Origin: an uncultured bacterium
GTDB taxonomy: Bacteria; Omnitrophota; Omnitrophia; Omnitrophales; Abzuiibacteriaceae
DNA: 64,000 nt
Direction: 5' to 3'
NCBI GenBank assembly: GCA_964387845.1
Contig: CAYLXA010000008.1
Location: forward strand, 44,270 to 108,269
The position numbers and the translations under genes were made by a program. The notes below the pieces were generated by a model. The model was not told the origin of the DNA and did no database searches. It saw only the letters and a list, made by a program, of their open reading frames with translations. How positions within the stretch are numbered: position 1 is the stretch's first letter; each line of letters starts with the position of its first letter. This document shows positions 38,401-43,449 of the stretch, piece by piece.

Positions 38401-38992
38401 ACAAAACAGGTTGGATGCCGTCATTCATGAAATCCGGAATAATTCATCAAGTGCCGTACGTTCAGAATTAAAAGTTCAGAGCGAGAAATTGGTTCAATTT
38501 TTAACCGGCGGACAAAATAGAGCCACGTCATTGTCGGGCACTGCCGAAGCTGCCAACGCGCGCTCGGCGTTTGTCTTTTTGCCCGGAACCACCAATGAGC
38601 TGGGCGCTGTTTTTAACCAGATTACAGAAGCTCTTGCCGCCAAAAGCGAATTGAGAGCCGAAATCATTGCTTACGTGGATGGCCCGTTGATGGCGCGCAC
38701 AATCCGTGAAATCATCCTCGGTGTTCAGGGCGCTGAGCGTGTCCATATCGTGGCGAGTAATGAAGAGGCCGTGGCTAAAGCTCAGTCTCTAAACGTTGCG
38801 CATGCACATTTGATCGGATGGGAGGGGGAGCTTGAAGCGCCGTTTGTCCAAAATTTGGAGGACAGCTACCTGAAGCTCGGTATTCGCGTGGTGAAGAAAA
38901 ATGTAAGTGATTTCATGAGTTTTCTCGGGCGTGAGGCCGCTCGTTTTATCCAAGGATGGAAATCAGCAGTTCTCTACGCCAAATCCGCATAA
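23447..38992 (+). CDS. Giant (5181 aa) secreted/membrane-anchored mosaic protein with about 18 [RK]SELR linker motifs, 3+ methyltransferase domains, an M23 peptidase domain, HhH and HTH modules, and FYN-G beta-repeats
   Basis: Uninterrupted 15,546-nt ORF. N-terminal signal peptide MRKKPFFIKAIALALCFTFIATDTIAYS. TM clusters at about 23.84-24.12, 28.09-28.69, 31.0-31.35 and 35.46-35.83 kb. Recognisable modules: TrmB-like MTase (VVDVGFGNGETLL...FIGIEL), M23 (GFHTGIDF...PHLHLSIGW), RpoA-alphaCTD-like HhH (ISRLNIRYRLQRRIRQAGIRTVGQLVDL), MTS-type MTase (LVVGSGSGFDTW...FDRIIWNMPEH), PIMT (GQTISQPS...VLEVGAGSGW...PFDKIVVSAG...GGLLIIPV), 3 x HTH, 6 x FY(N/D)xxGxLL repeats. Confidence 0.85.
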   Translation: MRKKPFFIKAIALALCFTFIATDTIAYSDAAQTSPQLAEMLKQSSNWLSLRAATISGLFRNAAPSVSGTRLPAAAPKFARYLSELRNEANEKPVTADYISAQTIQNQKTNEITPPPQSELRQEKPRFKSRHSFFNHAIQLSRNLFKLSEWKHRILRLSSSFGNLPDDILFLVTTLPILIGILIVDALDNFHDNPKTNARIWFWVVTSSAVWLFSVLTANVVLFRFQKPAKRKLPAKSDQKVQRSELRGHSGVGSYVIGDLEFNKGDPTGFELIKRLIGEVRAGLLTGELQKAGLDQDSISHIFRLASSPSKSAREPIGFKYSEAAGQFELIKNDLRTYLHQLQKTQNHDHEINVYALGLGNLPVEAEEVIKLFLNVMEEELGEAAKNWSFNFIGIDFQDEPIKVARKYFAEDMASLKEKGFRKVTLQAVKANALSSSELTRVFEETGGSKKADYLFHRHVMYVNRASSWLNQLRGLTPITMLRPVLADALESYLQSQNLIGAFTKTGTRYVIEPLASSDPSIREVVIPGSSVLPQENGAAGSGIYIVNDPAVFTATGFIQYLQDQLGENFSISGPLRVDRTGGRGELRRASNFHFVNTVRRVLRREIAQIEKDKWQNWAVGFEPVQDVASHLVRGAKGELWIHLHLTYHGHDKRARFAENGVYDLGLLFRITDRENQLTLDAPMIEPQIGRSDYFAFTRAETVLSSEQAARLVKEGTEFVNSHAGPIRSAMRLAKKKPSSIHNLLGRAVSPRHARGLYNMMTLGHEEKRVIDRTKRRSVTYRFVGSRRSELRQKSELDSAREFVAHAIQTGQLKLDLFDRGREPAKQILQEVLAENQKRKTDHIQEVETARHKIATFESRFKKIRDEIDFDPFKPLAPTEQEKIMEWWADDLYMMEYEIRNYLAEIQSGQHPFSGNELDQVVDALIAAYRWSMDVVAFFEKQKAELLFFRNQETTDSEESADTMAALSGAFSVLADIKSPRGQIPENVFFAIAATKRHKAKEFLLSVLREIGFDKTKSETQKIVRGRALNYLFAHFHSSELAALARQAIENLGREQRFDYDGWAFDSAFMELLPYLGDENVKAYIFNYLKDDFQFGKALEAGNCLEYLLFDLETAEVPGWFKERLQIYSEKNAAAMDDFGITENQEAYLNRIKKLNDFLALKEAGIGLPSYQFSKYVFRPIHSQDEIDTLRKMSGSFPGRRPGWSPWDMTDFVLEDSKTRQIVGGGMISEHDYDTEAHHIHLVALSDQLQGRDRADAFVFILAGMLQSMSPKIKGRKVVWRTWVKDILEKTLALDLAGVDLEPLINQNPDDARSELLSKPESQNPILEINQDWRNIFDDNAKPLVVDVGFGNGETLLYRAQHEPDKNFIGIELPEEPYADMLAERIQTVGIKNLKVLKVADFEAFRTQLKFGNQAIVSELTYYDPFPDSPYVFREHTADLQQILKPGALVKIMVFEHEFWQELSGIFESNGFQTLNPADHVFEDNHDTQDSNEAFSTQLKLIFRWPGLSSNRSELRQDLKIQTILNDIAQSRLISENQPETRSFFNRISDRLKQKSVSQTFFLTGLLLSSYVYILFERWLAAEPVESNAQEIAAAILLLGIISTIFTTIVKRMNKSSTSWRWDVISFSENQIIEDALTFLDPHKHQLNPNVDIIVEKRSHRFKRIAIGFFKESLKNLGAGAMFLLIGGFLAWKIGYGLLDLYKQDLHAAFKVPVYGIFGAGLIVFGFVGMMGFTVLFLSPFIALMQAWDGEFSDKGIEDQRIFVQHQESEDVFYETLVEELNHRFKLRREPLPEFPKTLDGLRLAMILKRYGLPGSEIANRSASGLLRVLRPEGSETADRNALRANGSMEPRARGELRQSEPRKMSRAELASLFRAQLREANFIASIPVLIQHVWNVIAKLAKPLNFQFRELGLTQELLRLQTGFWITRFGPEDRMWWGLRDGMKFGDTVNWWGPKQKRPEPLGFHTGIDFVMYQNFQKAWKTIPEGTEVQALYGGTVVSVFQDDMQSTLVVNQEITDTDGGNTLVTIYAHIEPETNVQPGVKIEAGDVLGRIRRSRNERSIVSPHLHLSIGWAKPEFFERLKSDGVDWPFVDALAKEGLLTYVDPLTFLDKNEADHFFMNAQHNKLKKILILNTQPGAQFFLTRQVIEKQFPGVTTLAVRSFEEAQKILNDPSSEIDAVVRVDESASISFPRKYLKRTAVLDYQEKNKREFLRQLHVVNVIGRLYHEPISRLNIRYRLQRRIRQAGIRTVGQLVDLANLPKKFRKFTTGLSKVPEGLERRLQGSRYKDEIIRAIVSVQPQAILTRSILHRRSLGFFQMAYRLTFGFEYHPETRNFAELILFLNGLSGSVFKELVKQFDVHIQTDLIDILQRVARIAPEAISVNVLEMFIDDEETPKRMRENFNTLADLIHMARNDTKRFKEIFGYQISWHVLLLLLEILYDAVPGEIMWQEWPDLVHTVLNPHNLPRTFGSGGLSGHINAYSAAIQAHWRRLMAEHKGYAKRKDRSELRQAGDRQIFQRAFQGIAFGGYGAGLIAATWQMLTVYPQMLRPSLFVILLTWNFYQIVKLILKQPFVSQEKINQEKYINRQLIITHLPQLGLIKAHMLAPWLEAFMQAPEVGALFLTVSGLLVSKLAFDSYLRNDGRASGRSELRTNDPEEPNAKNPRTSTYETIISNRPQMNPTESNTEQASLFMAPLENVTPDAVRWLDRVFNSRLPKGQYVFVGVVVDRKSKDIQAFQDGVYMIAKFLEVGGAFEEIGLNEIKNKKLRRRITAVGKGSSVRVIEFASVGGGDDYEIPLRRLQGVVEDYYSNEPIVWIPISPEGELSSTLGWKPKNRAFHLTLVHQAPEQEPEARSELRNDGGIILEAGQQIKAVEGYQMQLQENGSVAFYRERLSSPEPDPVEVVKPTMAGMPVYDEAGNIMGYVGITHDFEGQGEDRKLIARTAFYPEPEFDIEKTHVPSTWPAWELLKAVGLLIPKEDAHILKIEDISQTSDSKIHRITVRVPEEQSFPLRGIEILARELIENPSAEQQFDLVYNEKGHLLAVFPVFGNENRAAAEDGLFLDVSPYYFEVPKDIRGESKLLIDQFLREWRQNQQHIQAYQKKHFGSNRMNFWHFSYNNDENNDEDNKEEPLYQFYHLLHSHGHDLSYLGEVEVQSLEHIFYYVSKDPDRKMLLLPIFPTVFPPSGDPQHDTEYHKAILIDPRFDLNENQRTLVVGSGSGFDTWLVSLKTRKTVSVIDINPLAVANTKALAKIAGFKVLARTADNIVDESGKPTFPDARFDRIIWNMPEHVEGDGPSHGQLATQRTKWYLTDHWDGDVDGFSLTRFASGLCDILNPDSRVLIWNSNNEDSILNAFENRGMEVERAGLNYRYSLYFIQPSAAAGELLEPISNSADQRSEPQKHIAVLQRFKHNPTGFMGWLKNEIAEVLTIIDMPSGQFMKLPDAERRKKNQRIENAISMLYGVEDFISAKDAAKIIKNIDEARRMLDEIYQMSEWRKNDFSAIRGGKQDSKLPASTEQAWHARDIFNEFLPKNGLGEALQKYTGDKKVLDTAAEKWLPVFTRVPKHLFMPKYLRQDAYLHDAPYRIGYGQTISQPSLVAFILALLDLEPSDEVLEVGAGSGWLAALMSQQAAHVYATELIPQLAGRAERVIENMGIQNVSIVEADGSVGYPQAAPFDKIVVSAGSPNVPELLVNQLREGGLLIIPVLDPAASKKQKSYKLTLFVKEGGKLTEKLAIDRVNFVDLRGVHGWQPAPKRSELRRAAQPKDSNSEKSTPKPETESDRRIIRAVNYFLKEKRPFNQGDIAKKARVSLQTVTNRKHANPSIARFVDWALEKAPKAEPKSVQALIRAAKQLKKEGKSGVTNSVVADLAGYHPQTVTSISKLYPKVKQAVQGARQSPHAQISPTIQKVVDVIKAAAKKKQVFQNEGQIAQAAEIRPETLSRIKKRRSSYREPFLQLLQYAVSDPDRALEIIKKHFSIHSEQRVSVQASAQDENLRSELRADGAIQDPGMVVTALIGVAAFGILIFGFDSVRERAFKVGSAALKLIRRLFWLWTGVLWISTHLAYAAHRVRPDSQDKIYQATGFDPGDLNYSEFLYPWAIFTVFIYPVAAFGLMRYLNRLVMRRNVLPFETSPSRSIPAHPTTSELDINRKVGTAQPSDQYSKDPLMKGRAELRASGSNPKKKDTSKATDLEKRFKELLEEADRTLEANKQLEDGLDEIHKVLPELPKDIIDGRSELRQSDPIGTASALPGPLAKSELRNFLPNQNPINRLDAKQGSGIGARGNVLEGRSGSNSEFYNYRGEKVLVLPTSTAKGILGLGDFIVVMPRPKPGTQDHILFYNSSGSLLFEAVNVSDYSLVGENMAIKFANGNIQFYDKTGKKLLSSFDHFSNFHPSQIDLQGDLLVFKKSSNEVGFYNSTGSLILRKSKGTDFDSFYVKGSFIVLVKKDNHHVYSGLTGKLIAKTQASVGETAQFDGDFFAVVNWNEFTFYNLQGKKILEKRTGSGDDNFINWSGEGGLLTFDKTHSRTFYDENGKLLAAIQKRVFASRVVNKVLRLEDNADFYEWYDFSPNALSASSKGQKSLDQIFSHNPAMLSRIRDYVKRRYDNPLMSREEPNHDLSSDLDDASNLIQLEKMPTEWIDDLSSLVLTGYNPSDKGARSILKEAAIQLGLIQAPSSQTKEAVPITYNQKALMRILSSGVITEAIRNGQFSFPTTGKRSSLIFLSDDGTNVKRIDETDSAKANVQLEFYLSSDNRTVGVSISVRDDNKASGWRVQHEEPKQLKDLQTSIEPASSKPSLTIVSARKQRTLDELINKVSKFPGWSNPGPSTYSFAHQATQISAFYTGIVPNLQPRWAWHLKVISSGYNLSVVVEDHIQSPGKWITVVKFNNSGSNNSVASQEWGNHLIDIEQNGLKTNIYMTKAYVDSLVKNRIPLKGATIDGVEWEFIPINPKQILPAKSELRTQAEQVSIETLDAALSVEPKAQNRLDAVIHEIRNNSSSAVRSELKVQSEKLVQFLTGGQNRATSLSGTAEAANARSAFVFLPGTTNELGAVFNQITEALAAKSELRAEIIAYVDGPLMARTIREIILGVQGAERVHIVASNEEAVAKAQSLNVAHAHLIGWEGELEAPFVQNLEDSYLKLGIRVVKKNVSDFMSFLGREAARFIQGWKSAVLYAKSA

Positions 38993-39038
38993 TTTTCCAG
39001 TTGCCTCCAAAACCTTCTCAGCCGTATGATGTTGCGCT

Positions 39039-40304
39039 ATGAGTCAATCAAGTAAGCTGTTCCAGCAGTCTAAAACACATTTCCCGGGAGGTGTGAATTC
39101 ACCGGTACGGGCGTTTCGTGCTGTCGGAGGATCGCCGCGTTTTATTGCGAAAGCCAAAGGGCAATTTATTTGGGACGCAGACGGCAAAAAATATCTCGAT
39201 TTCTGCCAGTCTTGGGGCCCGATGATTTTGGGCCACGCGCATCCGAAAGTAGCGAAAGCAATCTCCGATCAAGCCAAAAAAGGAACGAGTTACGGCGCGC
39301 CGACCGAAAATGAATCGAAACTTGCTTCCTTAATTAAAGAAGCATTTCCATCCATTCAGAAAATGCGGTTTACGTCATCCGGCACGGAAGCCGCGATGTC
39401 CGCAATCCGGGTTGCGCGCGGATTCACGAAACGGAAGAAAATCCTCAAATGCGACGGCTGCTATCATGGCCATAGCGATTCGTTGCTTGTGAAAGCCGGC
39501 TCGGGTGGTGCGACATTCGGTGTTCCGGATTCGGCCGGTGTGCCGGAAGACCTCGCGAAGCTCACGATTACGATTCCGTACAACGATTTTGACGCGCTTG
39601 AGCGTATATTTAAAAAAGAAGGAAAAAACATCGCTGTTTTTGCTCTGGAGCCCGTTCCGGCCAATATGGGCGTTGTATTGCCAAAACCCGGCTTCCTGGA
39701 GTTTGCGAGGGCCCTGACTAAGAAATACGGCACTTTGCTCATGTTTGACGAAGTCATTACGGGTTTTCGCATCGCTTTTGGCGGTGCGCAGGAATATTAC
39801 GGAATTAAAGCTGATCTCACATGCCTAGGAAAAATCGTAGGCGGCGGGCTTCCGATCGGTGTTTTCGGCGGCCGCGCAGACATTATGAGCAAAATTTCAC
39901 CGGAGGGGGCTGTTTATCAAGCCGGAACTTTGTCGGGAAATCCTCTGGCGACTGCGGCCGGCATTGCGACCTTGACGGAATTAAAGAAAAAGGATTTTTA
40001 CAAGCAGCTTAATATCAAGGCTCTTGAATTTTTCGGGATGCTGGATGATGTGTTCGAACGGGGAAGTTATCCGGTAACGCTCAACCGGATCGGCTCCATG
40101 TTCACAATTTTTTGTACACCAAACCCCGTATTTGATTACGAGTCCGCAAAATTTGCACATCCGGAGTGTTACGCCCAAATGTTTCAAAGTTTGCTTTCCA
40201 AAGGGGTTTATTTCGCGCCGTCACAGTTTGAAGCCAACTTTATTTCACAGGCAATGACACGCGAAAATCTTCAAAAAGTCGTTTCAGTTATTTCTCGTTT
40301 TTAA
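39039..40304 (+). CDS. hemL: Glutamate-1-semialdehyde 2,1-aminomutase
   Basis: FPGGVNSPVRAFRAVGG, GPMILGHAHPKV, FTSSGTEAAMSAIRVARGFT, PLP-lysine region GKIVGGGLPIGVFGGR. Confidence 0.9.
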   Translation: MSQSSKLFQQSKTHFPGGVNSPVRAFRAVGGSPRFIAKAKGQFIWDADGKKYLDFCQSWGPMILGHAHPKVAKAISDQAKKGTSYGAPTENESKLASLIKEAFPSIQKMRFTSSGTEAAMSAIRVARGFTKRKKILKCDGCYHGHSDSLLVKAGSGGATFGVPDSAGVPEDLAKLTITIPYNDFDALERIFKKEGKNIAVFALEPVPANMGVVLPKPGFLEFARALTKKYGTLLMFDEVITGFRIAFGGAQEYYGIKADLTCLGKIVGGGLPIGVFGGRADIMSKISPEGAVYQAGTLSGNPLATAAGIATLTELKKKDFYKQLNIKALEFFGMLDDVFERGSYPVTLNRIGSMFTIFCTPNPVFDYESAKFAHPECYAQMFQSLLSKGVYFAPSQFEANFISQAMTRENLQKVVSVISRF

Positions 40305-40411
40305 TTTTCTCACCTGCTATACATTCAAAAAATACACGGCAAATTTTAGTTTGCAAGCAAACCGAAAAAGAAAATTCAGGGATAATTTTCTAAGGTTTTG
40401 CCGGATAGATG

Positions 40412-40479
40412 AGCGGTTGAAAAACCGCTTGTCGGAAACTTTTTAAAAGTAGGCAGCGGGGCGCGCGAACTTTTAAAAA
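40412..40479. terminator. Two hairpins between convergent hemL and macB (candidate bidirectional terminators)
   Basis: AGCGGTT-GAAAA-AACCGCT (40412-40429) and the palindrome CGAACTTTT-AAAAAGTTCG (40461-40479) with flanking A/T runs. Confidence 0.4.
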
Positions 40480-40491
40480 GTTCGGATGAGA

Positions 40492-42486
40492 TTATTCGTA
40501 ACGAAGTGCTTCGATAGGATCGAGTTTGGCAGCTTTTTGTGCGGGCCAAATGCCGAAAATGATGCCGACGGCGGAGGAGAATCCGACGGAGAGCAGAATT
40601 GAATTGAGGGAAACACGGACGGCCCATCCAAAAGCATGCGCTAAACCGTAAGCGACGGCAGAACCGATCAAAATGCCGGCAGCGCCTCCGATCAAGCTGA
40701 CCACCATCGATTCAACCAAAAATTGCAAATAAATGTCCTTCCTCTTTGCGCCGATGGCCTTCCGGAGGCCGATCTCTTTTGTTCTTTCCGTAACGGATAC
40801 GAGCATGATGTTCATGATACCGATTCCGCCGACAAGAAGCGCAATTCCGGCGATAGAGCCCAGAAAAATCGTCATGGTTTGAGTGACTTTTGCGATGGAT
40901 TCCTGAATCTCCGTCATGTCGCGGATTGTGAAGCTGTCTTTACGGGTTTCGGGGAGCCGGTGGCTTCTGATGAGCATGGGAATAATCGCATCCTTTACGT
41001 CCTGAATTTTTTCTTTTGCTTCAACTTCAACTTCGATGGTGCGCAAATAATCGGTGCCGATGAGCCGTTTCATGGCGGTCATGATCGGAATGATGACCAC
41101 ATCGTCTTGATCGCGCCACTGGTTTCCGCCTTTTTCGGGAAGGACGCCGATGACGCGGAAGGCGATCCGGTTGATACGGATAATTTTGTTAATCGGATCT
41201 TCTTTATCAAAAAGTTTCTGGCGGACTGTTTTGCCGATCACAACTACTTTGGCTCTTGTCATATTTTCCCTGTCCGTAAAGAACCGTCCGAGAACAGGTT
41301 CTGCCGCGCGCATTGAAGCGTATTCGGGAGCAACGCCCTGGACTTCCGAATTCCAATTTTTGTTTTGATACACCAGCTGTACGCCGGCCTGGACCGTGGG
41401 GTTGACGCGTTTAACATTCGGAAGTTCACGAACGGATTTCAGGTCGTCCAACGTGAGCCGCGCCGCAGCGCCTTCTGCCATGGCAACGCCGCGCAAAATC
41501 GCGTTGTTGGGCCTCACGACGATTAAATTAGAGCCCAATCTTTCGAGGTCAGCCGTCATGGAAGCTTTGGTGCCTTCACCGAGCGCGAGCATCGCAATCA
41601 CGGATCCGACACCGATTAAAATTCCGAGCATTGAAAGCACCGAACGGACTTTATTGGCAAGAATGGCGGTGATGGCTTGTTGAACAAAGATGCTGATTTC
41701 TTTGAGGATTGAAGAAGAAGGCTTCCCCTCACCCTTACCCTCTCCCCTTAGGGGAGAGGGAAAAGAATTCGATCCCCCTCTCCCTCCGGGAGAGGGTGGG
41801 GTGAGGGAGGTTGAAGAGCCTGAGTCAGAAACGATCTGCCCGTCTTTCATTCGGATTTGGCGCTTTGCATATTCCGCGACTTCTTCTTCATGCGTCACCA
41901 GAATAATCGTGAGCCCCTTTTCATTCAGATTTTTAAGCAGTTTCATAATTTCAGTTTGCGTGTGTGAATCCAAATTTCCTGTCGGTTCATCCGCCATGAT
42001 GATTTTAGGATCGTTGATGAGTGCGCGAGCGATGGCAACGCGCTGCTGTTCGCCGCCTGAGAGTTGGTTGGGTTTGTGCTGTGCGCGTTTCTCGAGATTG
42101 ACTTCGCGTAAGCGTGTCAGAATTTTCTCTTCATTTTGGGAATCTGCATTCGGGCTATAAATCAGCGGCAGCGCCACATTTTTGGATGCGGTCGTGCGGG
42201 AAAGCAGGTTGAACATTTGAAAAATAAAGCCGATTTTTTGATTTCTCAAAACCGCAAGCGCATCATCCGAAAGCTCCGAAATTTGCTCGCCGTCCAAAAT
42301 AAATTCGCCGGAGTCCGGAACATCCAAAAGGCCCAGGACGTGCATCAAAGTTGATTTTCCGGAGCCCGACGGGCCCATGATGGCAATAAATTCGCCGGGT
42401 TGAATGTCGAGTGAAACACCGCGGAGTGCGTGGACTGAGGTTTCGCCGGAAGAGTAGGTTTTTTGAATATTTTTGAGCTTGATCAT
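40492..42486 (-). CDS. macB: MacB-type ABC transporter (fused ATPase + FtsX-like permease) with an in-frame palindromic-element insertion in the linker
   Basis: Walker A GPSGSGKST, Q-loop, signature LSGGEQQRVAIARAL, Walker B IIMADEPTGNLD. C-terminal 4-TM FtsX domain. The linker PSPGGRGGSNSFPSPLRGEGKGEG is encoded by the repeat at 41725-41808. Confidence 0.9.
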   Translation of the reverse strand: MIKLKNIQKTYSSGETSVHALRGVSLDIQPGEFIAIMGPSGSGKSTLMHVLGLLDVPDSGEFILDGEQISELSDDALAVLRNQKIGFIFQMFNLLSRTTASKNVALPLIYSPNADSQNEEKILTRLREVNLEKRAQHKPNQLSGGEQQRVAIARALINDPKIIMADEPTGNLDSHTQTEIMKLLKNLNEKGLTIILVTHEEEVAEYAKRQIRMKDGQIVSDSGSSTSLTPPSPGGRGGSNSFPSPLRGEGKGEGKPSSSILKEISIFVQQAITAILANKVRSVLSMLGILIGVGSVIAMLALGEGTKASMTADLERLGSNLIVVRPNNAILRGVAMAEGAAARLTLDDLKSVRELPNVKRVNPTVQAGVQLVYQNKNWNSEVQGVAPEYASMRAAEPVLGRFFTDRENMTRAKVVVIGKTVRQKLFDKEDPINKIIRINRIAFRVIGVLPEKGGNQWRDQDDVVIIPIMTAMKRLIGTDYLRTIEVEVEAKEKIQDVKDAIIPMLIRSHRLPETRKDSFTIRDMTEIQESIAKVTQTMTIFLGSIAGIALLVGGIGIMNIMLVSVTERTKEIGLRKAIGAKRKDIYLQFLVESMVVSLIGGAAGILIGSAVAYGLAHAFGWAVRVSLNSILLSVGFSSAVGIIFGIWPAQKAAKLDPIEALRYE
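41725..41808. repeat. Double-unit REP-like palindromic element inside macB
   Basis: CCCCTCACCC..CCCTCTCCCC-TTAG-GGGAGAGGG...CCCCCTCTCCC-TCCG-GGAGAGGG-TGGGGTGAGGG. Two inner palindromes sit within outer CCTCACCC/GGGTGAGG arms. It is related to the unit at 16970-17011. Confidence 0.7.
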
Positions 42487-42492
42487 GAACGA

Positions 42493-43449
42493 TTAAGCCG
42501 ACATGAAGGATTTCTTTTTGTTGGACCTTTTTGTATCCTCTTTTTTTGATTTGATGACAATCGTATCATTTTCTTGAAGGCCGCTCATGATTTCATAAGA
42601 AATATTGTCATCAATTCCGACTTCAATTTCGCGGGAAGCAGTTTTGGATTTTTCTTTGACCATTACATGCTTTTTATTGCCGCGCTCCTGCACGGCTTCA
42701 ATTGGAATTAAAAGTGCATTGTCTTTACGCGCAATTTCGATTTCAACATTGGCGGTCATGCCTGAAGCGAATTGATCGGGAACTTTTTCGGGCAGGATGT
42801 CGACTTTATAGATGATGACATTATTGACCGTTTCGGATTCGTACGCGATATGGTCTACTCTCGATGAAATTTTCAAATCCGGATACGCATCCAGATAAAT
42901 TACAGCATGCTGGCCGATTTTGACTTGTCCGATGTCGGTTTCGTCCACAGACGCTTTCACAATTAAGCGGTCGGCAAGAACGAGCACCACGTCGCTTGTA
43001 TTCACGGTTTGGCCCGGCTCAACACGGCGGACAATCACCGTACCGTCAATCGGCGCAAGGAGCGGCGTGGGTTTGTAAACATTCTGCCAGTCCGTACTTT
43101 GTTCGCCGCCATTTCCCTGAAGATGCATCGCATCCAAAAGCACGACACGGTCTGTGGAGCTCATCCAAGCCAGGATTTCACCTTTTTTAACTTCGCGGCC
43201 TTCTTTGACAAGAACATCGTCGATACGGCCTGCGACAGGCGGTTTAATTTCAAGTCTGTTTTGCGGTTTCACTTCGCCGGTCGCTGTGATGGTGACGGTC
43301 AAATCGCCGCGCGTTACTTTGATTTGCTTCTCAACTTCTTTGCTATCTTTTTCAGATAGTTTTCCGCTGACGATGCGGAAGCCTGCGAAAGCGATCAGTA
43401 AAACGACCAGAATTTTAATGGGTGTTAATTTAAGATTGCCGGAAGCCAT
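42493..43449 (-). CDS. macA: HlyD/MacA family periplasmic adaptor (membrane fusion protein)
   Basis: N-terminal TM anchor, then coiled-coil and beta-barrel blocks (VTRGDLTVTITATGEVKP...IKPPVAGRIDDVLVKEGREVKKGEIL). Start chosen at ATG 43449. It overlaps the tolC stop by about 20 nt. Confidence 0.85.
   Translation of the reverse strand: MASGNLKLTPIKILVVLLIAFAGFRIVSGKLSEKDSKEVEKQIKVTRGDLTVTITATGEVKPQNRLEIKPPVAGRIDDVLVKEGREVKKGEILAWMSSTDRVVLLDAMHLQGNGGEQSTDWQNVYKPTPLLAPIDGTVIVRRVEPGQTVNTSDVVLVLADRLIVKASVDETDIGQVKIGQHAVIYLDAYPDLKISSRVDHIAYESETVNNVIIYKVDILPEKVPDQFASGMTANVEIEIARKDNALLIPIEAVQERGNKKHVMVKEKSKTASREIEVGIDDNISYEIMSGLQENDTIVIKSKKEDTKRSNKKKSFMSA

Noticed and set aside
23447-38992. Alternative reading of the giant ORF as several fused or frameshifted genes
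   Set aside because: No in-frame stop over 15,546 nt and coding-like composition throughout. Module boundaries are marked by a conserved peptide motif rather than by RBS or start-codon contexts, so a single ORF is the most parsimonious reading, pending read-level confirmation.
40723-42160. Several plus-strand ORFs (197, 95, 156 aa) inside macB
   Set aside because: Antisense to a high-confidence ABC transporter gene. The 156-aa one is simply the palindromic REP element read on the other strand.
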